Origin: Felis catus
Taxonomy: Eukaryota
Reading direction: 5' to 3'
Assembly (NCBI RefSeq): GCF_018350175.1
Contig: NC_058368.1
Coordinates: 160,396,001-160,460,000, forward strand
Length of the DNA stretch: 64,000 nucleotides
A program made the translations under genes and the position numbers. The first letter of the stretch is position 1. Each line of letters starts with the position of its first letter. Under the pieces are notes generated by a model. That model worked only from the letters and a program-made list of their open reading frames with translations, did no database searches and had not been told where the DNA came from. Below, one piece after another: positions 12,796 to 23,129 of the stretch.

Positions 12796-14485
12796 GTCCT
12801 GACTTCTTTTTTCATGTGGATATTTATAGCTATAAATGAAAGCGTTGATTTAGAGGCAACCACTAGGTGCTGATATGTTGTATTTTCATTTTAATTCATC
12901 TCAAAGTATTTTCTAATGTTTCTTATGATTCTTTGACACATTTGTGTTTTAGGAATGCATTCTTAATTTACATACACTCATGAAATTTCCCAAATTCCTT
13001 CTATTATTAAAATTTTTTTGGTTACTATGTGCTTTGGAGAATATACTATTCATGATTTAAATCTTTTTAATTTAGGTTTGTTTCATGACTTATCTGGAGG
13101 ACATTCCACATGTACTGGAGAAAAATGTGTATAGTGTGTGTGTGTGTTTAGGTGAACTGTGATACAGATATGTGTGAGGTCCAATTGGTTCTTAATGTAT
13201 TAAAGTGTTCTATTTCCATGTTTATTCTGCCTAGTTCCTTTCATTATGGAGAGGAGAGTTTCGAAACCTCCAACTATTACTTTTTAATTTTCTATTTCTC
13301 CCTTCAAATTTGTCAGTTTTTATTCCATGTATTTTGAGATTCTATTATTGAAAGGGCACTATATTTTGTAAAAGGATAAAAACACGTTTTTATAATTGTG
13401 TTCCTGATAGATTGTAACTTATACCATTATAAAATGTGGGGTTTTTTTATTGTTAGGAAAACTTTTTGTTTTCAAGTCTATTTTGCATGATACTGGTACC
13501 TAGCTCTCTTTCTGTTACTATTAACAGGGAATATCTTTTTTCATCCTTTAGTTTTCAAAGTATTTTTGTCTTTGAACAGGTACTAATATTATTGAGTATC
13601 CCATTCATGTGTGGAGTTAGATGTCTTTTACTGCTTTCAGTATTCTCTTTCTGTCCTTGTCTTTTGATATTTTAACTATCATGTGCTTAGATTTGTATCT
13701 AAGTCTATACTAATTGGAGTTCATAGAACTTCTTGAATGGGTAGCTTAATTTGCACCAAACTTGGGAAGTTTGGGCCACTGTATCTTCAATAATCTTTCT
13801 GTCCCTTTCCCCCTTTTCTTTTATTCTGAAATTCTCTCCATGCATATGTTACTATGCTTGATGGTATATCACTGATTTTTTGGGCTCTGATAATTTTTCT
13901 TCATTCTTTTTCTTTTTTGTTTTTTAGACTGGATAACCTCAACTGACCTATTTTTCAGTTCATAGAATGTTTTTTTCTTTTGCTCAAGTTTCTCTTATGA
14001 ACTTTTTATTATATTGATGTTTCTTTAGTTTTAAAAATATTTGGAATATATTTAGTTTTGAATGTATTTATAATAGCTGATTTAAAGTCTTTGTCAAGTA
14101 CACATCTGGGCTTTCTCATGGACAGTTTCTATTGACTGCTTTTTTTTCCCCTATAATATAGGCCACATTTTCCTTTTTTTCTTTTTCATGTCTCATAATT
14201 ATGCTGTATTTGAACACTGAACATTTAAAACAACAGAGTTCTAGAGTTTTCTCATCGCTGCTAATTATTGTTATTGTTGTTCTTTGTTTCCTTAGTGAGT
14301 TTCTAATTAATTAGTGAGTGGACTAACTTCGTAAAGGTTGTGTTCTTTGTTATGTGTGGACCCCCTAGTCTCTAAGTTAACTTCATGTTCCCTAATGATT
14401 GGAGAGGGGTTTTCTTAAAAGGATTGAATGATTAAGTCTTTCACCTTTTGCTGAAAGTCTCTGTGTGTGCTAGTGAATGCTTTAA

Positions 14486-14972
14486 TGCTTCTGAGAGCTG
14501 CTTATGGTAGACCTTTTCAGCTGAGACAATGAGTGAATAGGTCACCATGGGAAAGTGGATGTAGGAATAGCATGCCAGATTGCTTTGGAACTCTGTAGAA
14601 TCCACATTAAGGAAACCATCAAAATGAAGGATGACAGTGGTAGAGGACACCATCTGGCTAGTGGGCTTTTGAGGTTGGTGTAGGTAGGGTGTTCAATATC
14701 TAGGTTACAACAGCAGGTATCATAGGTGGTCCCATTGTCTACCATGAATAAACAGTTAAGTGCTCTAGGGTGGTGTGGTTGGTTAAGATGGTGTAGTCAG
14801 GTTCTACAACTGCTGTGGACCCTTGAGTGCTGGGTTGATAGGAAATTCGAACTTGAATTTCTTGCTGGAGTCAAAAGAAAGCTGCTTCAAAGGAGCAAGC
14901 TAACGTGTGAGCTGGTACCGTCATCAAATCTATAAAAATCAGGAAACTCTGAAACCAGGTATACTGGTCAAC
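14486..14972 (-). pseudogene. Alpha-tubulin pseudogene fragment (approx. codons 126-289)
   Basis: ORF-track peptides [25 protein letters not shown] and [52 protein letters not shown] match alpha-tubulin [25 protein letters not shown] and [52 protein letters not shown]. The 5' part matches DQCTGLQGF..KKSKLEF..STAVVEP. Source paralog not resolvable. Confidence 0.93.
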
Positions 14973-16169
14973 TCTGCCTTAGCTTCCATAACTTGTTTGC
15001 AAAGAGTCTCACTGTCAGCCAGTGGTCAGGGATTACAGCCTTTTCAAGTCTTTCTCAGGCATCTGCCCTACCCTGCACATATACATGATCTTCTATATTT
15101 GCACAAAAATGTTGAAACTTTTCAATACTTGAACATCTCATTTTTCAGATACTCCTTTGAAGTTTTTTGTTTTTTTTGGCAGCCTCTTGCCGGCCTCAAC
15201 TCTTACTGCTGCCTCAGACGGCTGTGATGGGAAACAATTGCCATTGGTTGTGAAAACAACCACAATGCCTGGAGGACTAAATTTTCCTCACAATATTGTG
15301 TCAGGTCAAACAAAGATAAGCCCTACAAATGGGACTTATCCAATTATTTTCCAGACAGATCAAGTAATTCTCTTTGGGTAGGATTTTTTAGGGGAGAGGC
15401 TTCAGTACATCCTGACCCCTCCATTTGTTGCTAGAATGCTGTTTTTCACACCTACTATGATTCCAAGGCTGCTGCTTTTCAAGGTTCTGTGGAGTTGCTG
15501 AGAGAGAAATGAGAACAGTGTAATTTAAAACTCAACAAAATGTGTTCTTAGTGAGATTTAGTCATTTTTCTAGAGTAAGCACTCCTGGGATTGTTGTAAG
15601 CCTTTAGTTAATTTCCATAGCTCAGAAAAATTCAATATTCACCGATTTTTTTGGTCAGTTTTATCATTGCTTTTATAAAGGAACAGATTTCTGGAAGTCC
15701 TTATTCTATCATTCTAAAAATGCTCTTTTTAACATAGACTTTTGAACATCTACTGTGTACCAAGTTCTTTGCTATGCAAAGGGGGTATAGTGATAGACAA
15801 AATAAAGTCACTGTCCTTACCTTCAAATTAACTTACTCTGTGCTATGGAAACTGATACTGAACTCATTTATTTCTCTTGATCCTGCAGGAGAATAAGATA
15901 CAACCTGAAGTGAAAAACAAATACAGTACCAGTTTGGTTACCTCTTACTTTCTAGATTTATTCCTTTCCAAAAATACATGGCTTTTTCTCCTCATGGGCA
16001 AATGAAACTATTCAGTATTCATTTAATGTCTATTTAATGATGGGAATATATCTGCTTTGTTTATGACATATCCCTGATGCCTAGTGAAGTCTAGCACAGT
16101 GTCTGGCACATAGAAGGAAGTAAGTTCATTGGGTGATGTAAAAATTATGTTCAATTAAAAGGGGGGAGG

Positions 16170-17400
16170 GAGGTGGAGAAGAGGCGTGTAAGTGATTATC
16201 TGATTCCTTATAAAATATTATGAAGATGTTGAGATAGCAGTGTGCTTAATTGTAGTTTATCTCCACATAATAATCCTTTTTAAAAATTTTTTAAATTGTT
16301 TATTTTTGAGACAATGAGAGGGAGGGAGGGAGGGAAAGACAGAGACAAAGCTCATTTAGGGGAGGGGCAGAGAGAGAGAGAGAGACAGGGGAGGGGGGGA
16401 GAGACACAGAAGCCAAAGGAGACTCCAGACTCTGAGCTGTCAGCACAGAGCCAGATGCGGGGTTCAAACTCAGGAGCAGAGAGATCATCACCTGAGATCA
16501 AACTCAAGAGCAGCGAGATCATGACCCGAGCCAAAGTCAGACACTTAACTGACTGAGCCACCCATGCACCTCTCATGTAATAAGTCCTGAAGTCCATGTT
16601 ATCCTTAAGAAAAGAACAACTTTTTTCCTTTGAGAGCTCATGAGTGGTAGCAGATGGAGCACCATGGAAGGGACACCATGCTTTCTGTTCCTGGTCATAG
16701 CTTGACTGAAAAGTTAATTCTGGGTTGTGAATTAATTACAGAATTTCCTTCTGCCATGTATGTGGAAACCACTGAACAGCACCCAAAATAATTCTGTTTC
16801 CCTTTATGTCACACAGATTAGAAATGCATTCTGTCATGTCATTTTCCTCAATATGTTAAATGAGTCATCTAACTCTTGTCTGACTTTATTTAGCTCTGTG
16901 AGAAGTCTCACATCCCTTTTCATTTACCTGTGCTTTTCAGAGGAATGAAAGAACACTTTTAAAATGCCAGGTTTAATAACATTCCATACCATTTATGCAT
17001 ATAATTATCATTTTTGTAGCTGTTCCTTAGTTGGTTAGAACTGAGTGGGCAGAGTGCACAGACTAATACCTTATTATACTATCATTACCAAGTTATTTTC
17101 TTCCACCTCTGAGAGCTCATAAATATATCAATTTATTTTCCTTCTTTGTACTTTGTCTTTTGAAGGTAGCATATCTTTATAACTGCTATCCTGAAAAAGC
17201 CATCTGCCTCGTGGGACTCTTGTCTCTATCATCCATAAAGGCACTGCTAAGTGATGAACATACTCAAGACATTCAAGGAGGAGGCATATATTTAGGTCAT
17301 ACATTTCCACAGAAGATGAATTCAAGTGCATTCCTGATGTAAAAGCTATTTCCCTTTGATGTTCTTTGGATAATCAACTGAGATTAAGATGTTCTGTCAG
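16170..17400 (-). pseudogene. Toll-like-receptor-like pseudogene, 3' exon (last LRRs, LRR-CT, TM, TIR remnants)
   Basis: After acceptor ..ctaattttAG (17402-17401): LTEHLNLS*..AF; LEC..LWMIETRV..Y..(C)..P (LRR-CT); NLVMIV**GISLC (TM); VFFHSSEKHR*MKRDVRLLTEL (TIR box1-like); FLICVT*RE (LCxHxRD-like); AWCPF..KEK/VVLFLRI; KLQLSTLL beyond the SINE. Many stops and frameshifts. Confidence 0.55.
16277..16571 (-). mobile_element. CanSINE (SINEC_Fc) with internal 34-bp duplication, inserted in the TIR-like region
   Basis: SINE body in reverse. Imperfect TSD acataataatcct/atgtaataagtcct. Confidence 0.93.
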
Positions 17401-17813
17401 CTAAAATTAGCCATAGTTAAATGAGACAAAACTCCAAATATGTTGAAACATTTGCTTTTCACTCTGCTATGTGTAAAGCATGATACTGCGTACTAGGTCA
17501 AATAGAAGGGCAGGAAAAGGTGTAGAAAACAGTTTTTACCCTGAAGTGATTGCAGCAGAGGCGAGTTGATGATTGGAAAGAAACATGATTGGGAATTGGG
17601 AAATTCTAAACATTTTATAAACTGGTATGTTTATAAAACCTGGTCATTTAATTGCTTTGGGTTTCAATGATTTATGTGTAAAATGTCAGGATTTGAGTAA
17701 AGGATCACTGAAGACCATTTCGTTCCACTGTTTGTAGTCTTTTGTTTTTATTTGAGCTTTGGTTTAGAGATTTTAGATGTATTTGTAAATTACATAATAA
17801 TTCTAGTTAAACT

Positions 17814-17849
17814 TCAGATGCTCAACCAACTGAGCCACTGAGGTGCCCC
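17814..17849 (-). mobile_element. CanSINE head-only remnant
   Basis: tcagatgctcaaccaactgagccactgaggtgcccc is the first ~36 nt of a CanSINE in reverse. Confidence 0.75.
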
Positions 17850-18220
17850 TGAACTTTTTATTAGTATTCTGGAGACTCTAATGCAAAGGGTCTATAATCA
17901 CATATTTTGTTTATGAATGAATTATAGCTATCTACATGAATATTGATAAAATTCAAAATGTTAATGATGAGCAAAAATCATGAGGTTGAACAAAAAACAA
18001 TTTATAAAAGTATGAATCCATGTATGTAAAACTGAAAAGTATATGGAAAATATGAAACACATCACATTTAGATACATGGTTGTCTGTGGAATGAAAAGAA
18101 AAGAAATGATGTATAGAAAAATTGGGATGGTGGTGCCTCTGGGGAAAAGAGGAGTGAGGAAGAAGGGTAGCACCATAAAGGGATTAATAACTTCCAAGAT
18201 AATATGATGCTGTATTTCTT

Positions 18221-18227
18221 TCTTTTC

Positions 18228-18303
<76 letters not shown>

Positions 18304-18449
18304 TCAAGCTTATTTATTTTGAGAGACGGAGAGTGCAAGCAGGGGAGGGGCAGAGAGATATGGGGCTCAAACTGTAGAAACTATGAGATAATGGCTTGAG
18401 CCAAAACCGAGAGTTGGATGCTTAACCGACTAAGCCACCCAGGTGCCCC
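18221..18449 (-). mobile_element. Internally deleted CanSINE with (CTTT)n tail expansion
   Basis: (CTTT)n at ~18216-18305. TSD atgctgtatttctt at 18207-18220 and 18453-18466. Confidence 0.92.
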
Positions 18450-18703
18450 ACAATGCTGTATTTCTTAAACCAGTTTGAGAATACGTGGTGTTCATTTATT
18501 ATTGTTACTGATGTCTTACATCAGTATTATACCTATTATTTTGAATGTTAGAAATATTTTACAGTGAAATCTAGAAATGGAACATGTGCTTGCAAAGGAA
18601 ATTTCTACAACTATTTTGTAGAGCAATTTGGCAATATTTAGTAAAGTACATATATGTATAGTCTACAAAACAGCAATTAGGCTTAAATGTGTGTATTTTA
18701 GAG

Positions 18704-18921
18704 TAGTGGTTTTCACCAGAACAACTTTTTCCCCCCCAGAGGACATTTGGCAATGTCTGGAGACATTTTTGTTCATCATAATATTGGGAATACTAGTGGG
18801 TAGAGATCATGAATGCTTTGAAACATTCTATGATGCTCAGGACAGTTCCCTCACTCCCAACTCCAACAACAAAGAATTTTCCAGCACAAAATGTTAATAA
18901 TAATAAGTTTGAGAAATCCTG
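18704..18921 (+). mobile_element. MER20 (hAT-Charlie MITE)
   Basis: cccccagaggacatttggcaatgtctggagacattttt...ttgagaaatcctg. Confidence 0.85.
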
Positions 18922-19454
18922 CCATGGAGAATTTTAAATTCTTGTACACAAGGAGGCATACATAAGAATGTTCATTATAGCATTAATTATAATAGTGAAT
19001 AAATTAAAATGATCTAAATGTCTAAATTTGTGCATGCATAAATAGATTTTGTTACATTCAACCAATGAAACCGGACAATAATGAAAAAGATTAAAGTAGA
19101 GCTAATGTATCAATTTGAACAATACTTATTTTGGTGAATAATAATACATGGAAGAATATATAGGATACATTTTCTATAAAGTTTGAAAATATGCAACACA
19201 AATGTAGTTAAAATATAAATTATGCATGGGAATAATAAGTACTGAGTTATATTAATGGTTAATTCTTGGAGGGGGAAGTGATAGGGAGATAAAAAAAGAG
19301 GGAAAGCATATTAGGGAGTATTATGTAGTTCACTTAAATTCTGTTTATGTTATAATTCTAAAAAGTTTATGCCAATATTGCAAAATACTATGAAGCTGGG
19401 AACTTAGTTTTAGTGGGAGTTTGCCGTATTAGCTTAAAAAAATGTTTTTAATCT

Positions 19455-19665
19455 GGGGGCACTTTGGTGGCTTATTCAGTTCAGCGTTTGAATCTTGACT
19501 TTGGCTCAGGTTAAGATTTCAGAGTTCATGAGTTTGAGCCCTACATCAGGCTCTGTGGTGATGGTGCGGAGTCTGCTTGGGATTCTTTCTCTCCTTCTCT
19601 CTGCTCCTTTCCCACACATGTTCTCTCTCTCAAAATAAATAAAGTAAATAAAACAAACATTAAAA
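19455..19665 (+). mobile_element. CanSINE
   Basis: ggggc..ggtggc head, CT block and AAAT tail. Confidence 0.92.
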
Positions 19666-19721
19666 ATTTTATAGTCTAAATTACAGGCATTACTGAAAAG
19701 TTTCTCATGAAGGAAACTCAC

Positions 19722-20656
19722 ATTTCTGAGAACATCAAATTTTATAAATATTATTTTATTTCAACTTAAATCAAGATACCTCCTATCTGGTTCTTGGAAA
19801 TAATACTCAAGTTCTTCAGACAAAAAAACCTGAAAATAATCTAAAAAAAATGAGATTTATGGCTGTTTACTAACCTAAATGACTTTGGCTCTTCTATTTG
19901 CTAAATGAAAAAGGATCATTTCCCTTCAATAAATCCATTTTTTCACTATCTGTCCAAATTCACTTCCTCTTATACTGCTTAAGTCATTCCGTTGCACTTT
20001 ATGCTTTGGTTGAAGAAATAGATTTTTAGAAAAAGAGTATGCAGAGGCCAAGTCATGCATCTTGTAGTTTTCAAATCTTTTTGTTTTCCCAGTTATTGTA
20101 ATGCAATTTCAAACAAAATCCCTAACGATTATTTTTGGAACTTTGTAAGTTTCATCTTTTTGCATGATGACACAATACAAATATCTTTACATTTTGGTGT
20201 CAAATAAGGCATTGGATTATATAATTTATGTTATGATCATTGGCAAGATTTCTTTTTCAAAACCGTTCATTTTGCAAGGTGCCAAATATATTTGGGTCAT
20301 GTTTCATACCAAGATCAGTTATAAGAATAGACATATCTTCTGTGATCCTTTTCCAGGTGATCTTGGCCTGAGGATATCATATTTTCATCAAAATCCCTAC
20401 CTTTTGAGGTTCTGAGCGAAGTGCTTGCCTGGGCCTCACTACGGGGAAACAGATCCCTCAAGTATTGACTGGTGACAAAGGAGAAGGTGCCCAGGAATAC
20501 TGTACCTTTCTCTGAGCTTTAGTGGACTTTCACCAGCCAGGTCTGCTCCCTCAACCACCACGACTTTGCCCCTAGAACTAGAACACCCCAAATTTCAACT
20601 TTTGACGTGTTTTCAGTATTTTTTTCAGTCCTGGTCACCTTTTATTATTTTAGCAC
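19722..20656 (-). pseudogene. Toll-like-receptor-like pseudogene, LRR exon (LRR-NT plus ~9 LRRs)
   Basis: Across frameshifts: MISSGQDHLEK/ITEDMSILITDLGMKHD (LRR-NT+LRR1), NLANDHNINYI, NVKIFVLCHH, SLGILF/NCITITGKTKRFEN, KVQRNDLSSIRGSEFGQ, KMDLLKGND, EPKSFRLVNS, RYLDLS*NKIIFIKFDVLRN. Ends at donor AAT|GTGAGT (19721). Recognisable part is 19722-20380. The 5' limit is taken from the acceptor ttttcagattttacAG (20658-20657) and is tentative. Confidence 0.6.
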
Positions 20657-20895
20657 CTGTAAAATCTGAAAACAGATGAGTCTGGCTAATACAGTATTTT
20701 TATATCCCTTTTCTATTTTAGGTATGGTAATGTAGTACCTCATTTAATAGGGAATTAATGCTTTGGGTTAATGTGGAGTTTGAAAGAAATTCCTAGGGTG
20801 AAATGAAAGAATTAGTTTGAAGTCAATATTTTTCATTACTTCTGATGCAATTTGACATGTTGAGTATTACCTGTATGCAGCAACACAAGATTTTA

Positions 20896-20952
20896 TAAGT
20901 TTTTTAAAGTTTAATTATTTTAAGAGACAGAGACAGCATAAGTGGGGAAAGA

Positions 20953-20995
<43 letters not shown>

Positions 20996-21121
20996 CCCAA
21001 GCAGGCTCTACGCAGTCAGCAAAGAGCCTGATGTGGGTCTTGAAGTCACAAACCTTGAGATCATGACCTGAACTGAAACCAGGAGTTGGATGCTTAACTG
21101 ACTGAGCCACCTAGGTACCTC
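20896..21121 (-). mobile_element. CanSINE
   Basis: (GA)n block and reversed head. TSD caacacaagatttta/caccacaagatttta. Confidence 0.93.
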
Positions 21122-21349
21122 AACACCACAAGATTTTAAATATGAATAGAGCCTATATTTAGAATATTCTTATCTTATTTGAAGAACTATCAAGATTTCT
21201 GATCAAACATGATAGAATGGACAGTAAAAGAATAAACAAAACTTACAAAGTTAAAAGTAACTTACAGGAATAGTTTGCCCTCTTTTGGAAACAAGATGCT
21301 TATTAGGAATCCTAGAATTACCAAATCATGTACATTAGGAGTCTGTTAG

Positions 21350-21615
21350 AGCAATGGTTAAGAACATAGATTTCAGAGGCAACTGAGGATTTCAGAGGAT
21401 TGGGTTTAATCCTGAGTTTGCATTTGCTGCCTTTATGACCCTCGGCAGCAATTGTGACCTTGGGCAATTTACTTAATCTTTTCTTAGCATCAGTTTCCTC
21501 ATCTGTAAAATGGGGAAAATTATGATGTCTATCCCATAGGAATGTTTGAGATACAAAATAATTTAATATTTGTGAAGTGCTTAAAGCAATGGTGGTTCAA
21601 AGTAAGTGCTGTTCA
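21350..21615 (+). mobile_element. MIR
   Basis: MIR core tgtgaccttgggcaatttacttaat...tcagtttcctcatctgtaaaatgggg. Confidence 0.9.
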
Positions 21616-22179
21616 TTAAAAAAGTAATAAAAGAGAAGATTAGAGGAGCAATAAAATGTCAATAACATTTTGGACACTGGAAAGAAGATTAAAAATGTCA
21701 ACCAAAGGAACAAAATTAAGGCAGCTGGAGATAGTTTATATTTCAGAATACACATTAGATTCAGAAATTAGAAGCACCAAATAACAATGAAAGCAAAAGT
21801 ATAGGGTGTTTTGAAGACAGAACTGGTAAAAATTTTGTATAAGAAGACTCATCAGTTTTTTCTGCCACCACTTGTAGTCCGGTAACTGCTTTTCCTCAAT
21901 CCAAAAGAAGAAAGGAAGGCTACTCTGGGAAGACTGAACCAGAGGGACTCTGACTCTTGAGCAACAAGCATAATGGAGGTCAAGGGTGCCATATTGAATA
22001 TAGGAATTAATTCCTCATTCAAAACAGAGAGAAGCACTTTTGCCTTCTTGCACTGTTCCCAATGCTATAGCAATCAGTTTTGTAGCTCCTGGGCAGATTT
22101 TATCTCTGGGGAAGTAGATTATTTAAAGAAAAAGGGTGACTGAGAGCTGGTGATGCCCAAACAGAACAGGGAGAAAAAA

Positions 22180-22322
22180 ATTCTAACTATGTGATGTGAT
22201 AGTGTTAAATAAACTTACTATGGTAATAATTTTGCAATATATACATATATCAAGTCATTATATTCTACACATAAACAATATTCTGTGTCAGTTATAACTC
22301 AATAAAACTGGAACAAAAAGAA
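22180..22322 (+). mobile_element. L1 (L1MA9-like) 3' terminus
   Basis: ggtaataattttgcaatatatacatatatcaagtcatt...ctcaataaaactgg followed by an A tail. Confidence 0.75.
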
Positions 22323-23129
22323 ATGAGAAAACATGGGATTCAGAAAACAGCCAAAATTGCCAGGATACTGATAAATATAATTTCTGCAAAAACAGTTACA
22401 GTATAACTGTTACCCTGTTGATAAAGTATAAAAATCATCCAGTGCATTTTAAAGGTGGAGGACAGTCGACTCCAGAATGGTTATCCCCAAGAGAAAATTT
22501 AGCTCGCTTGATGACTTTGCATGTACAAGATTCACACTCCTGCTAGAAATCTTGGAGAAGAATTAGTTCTAAAAATATAGAAGATTAAGCAAATGGAAAA
22601 AAGATGGAAACACATACATTTTCAACTGACACAGAACATCATGGAATGCCCTATTTTTGTTGGTTTCTTTAAGCCCAAGCAACATCTTTGGTGTATTTGT
22701 TTCAATCTTACAACACTGACTTTGGACACTCTGAAAGTCACAGAGAATTTCTAACAGAGAAATTTTCAATCTTTATGGATTCACTTCTCAAATTCACTGT
22801 AAGAAGGAAAGCTTAATTTCCATTTGTTTTGGGTTTACCAGTTTTCATATGTATGCTTATGGAGTTGAACAAAGATCAATTATCTTAAATTTTCCATCCT
22901 ATCTTAATAGTACAACACATTTTTGTTTCATCTTCACGGATGGTGTATATTTGCAGATTTTACTACATCCAGAAAGTTCTTTAGGAGGCCTAACAGTATT
23001 CTGTAAAATCTCACAATCAATCTTTCCTGCTAGCTTATCTTTTCATATAGCTTCTCAATATTTAGTTCCTAAATATTCCATCCTAGAACTTGTCTCCATA
23101 TTCATGTTTTGCCATGTACATGCCAATGA

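Larger units (their letters stand above)
11800..15720 (-). mobile_element. Old L1 (L1MC/L1MD-like): ORF2, ORF1 and 5' region fragments with nested inserts
   Basis: T-rich L1 antisense motifs (cccaacaccatttgttga; ttgggaagtttgggccactgtatcttcaa; caactctgccttagc...tcagccag). Confidence 0.75.
17920..19440 (+). mobile_element. Ancient L1 (L1ME-like) 3' fragments
   Basis: A-rich degenerate L1 3'UTR motifs (gagcaatttggcaatat; aagaatgttcattatagcatt). Confidence 0.6.

Noticed and set aside
15827..15871. 45-nt minus-strand exon candidate
   Set aside because: The donor lies in L2-like sequence and the peptide is uninformative.
17000..17400. RXFP/GRL101-like GPCR reading (MAFSG/IAVIK, KENKL)
   Set aside because: No further transmembrane helices follow; LRR-CT, a single TM and TIR motifs explain the region better.
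20280..20340. Kinase DFG-like motif ILITDLGM
   Set aside because: No other kinase subdomains, and it fits the first LRR after the LRR-NT.
16170..20656. Identification as the known TLR2 tandem pseudogene
   Set aside because: No intact TLR2 is seen in the 64 kb, the similarity is limited to short motifs, and the LRR count and intron do not fit.
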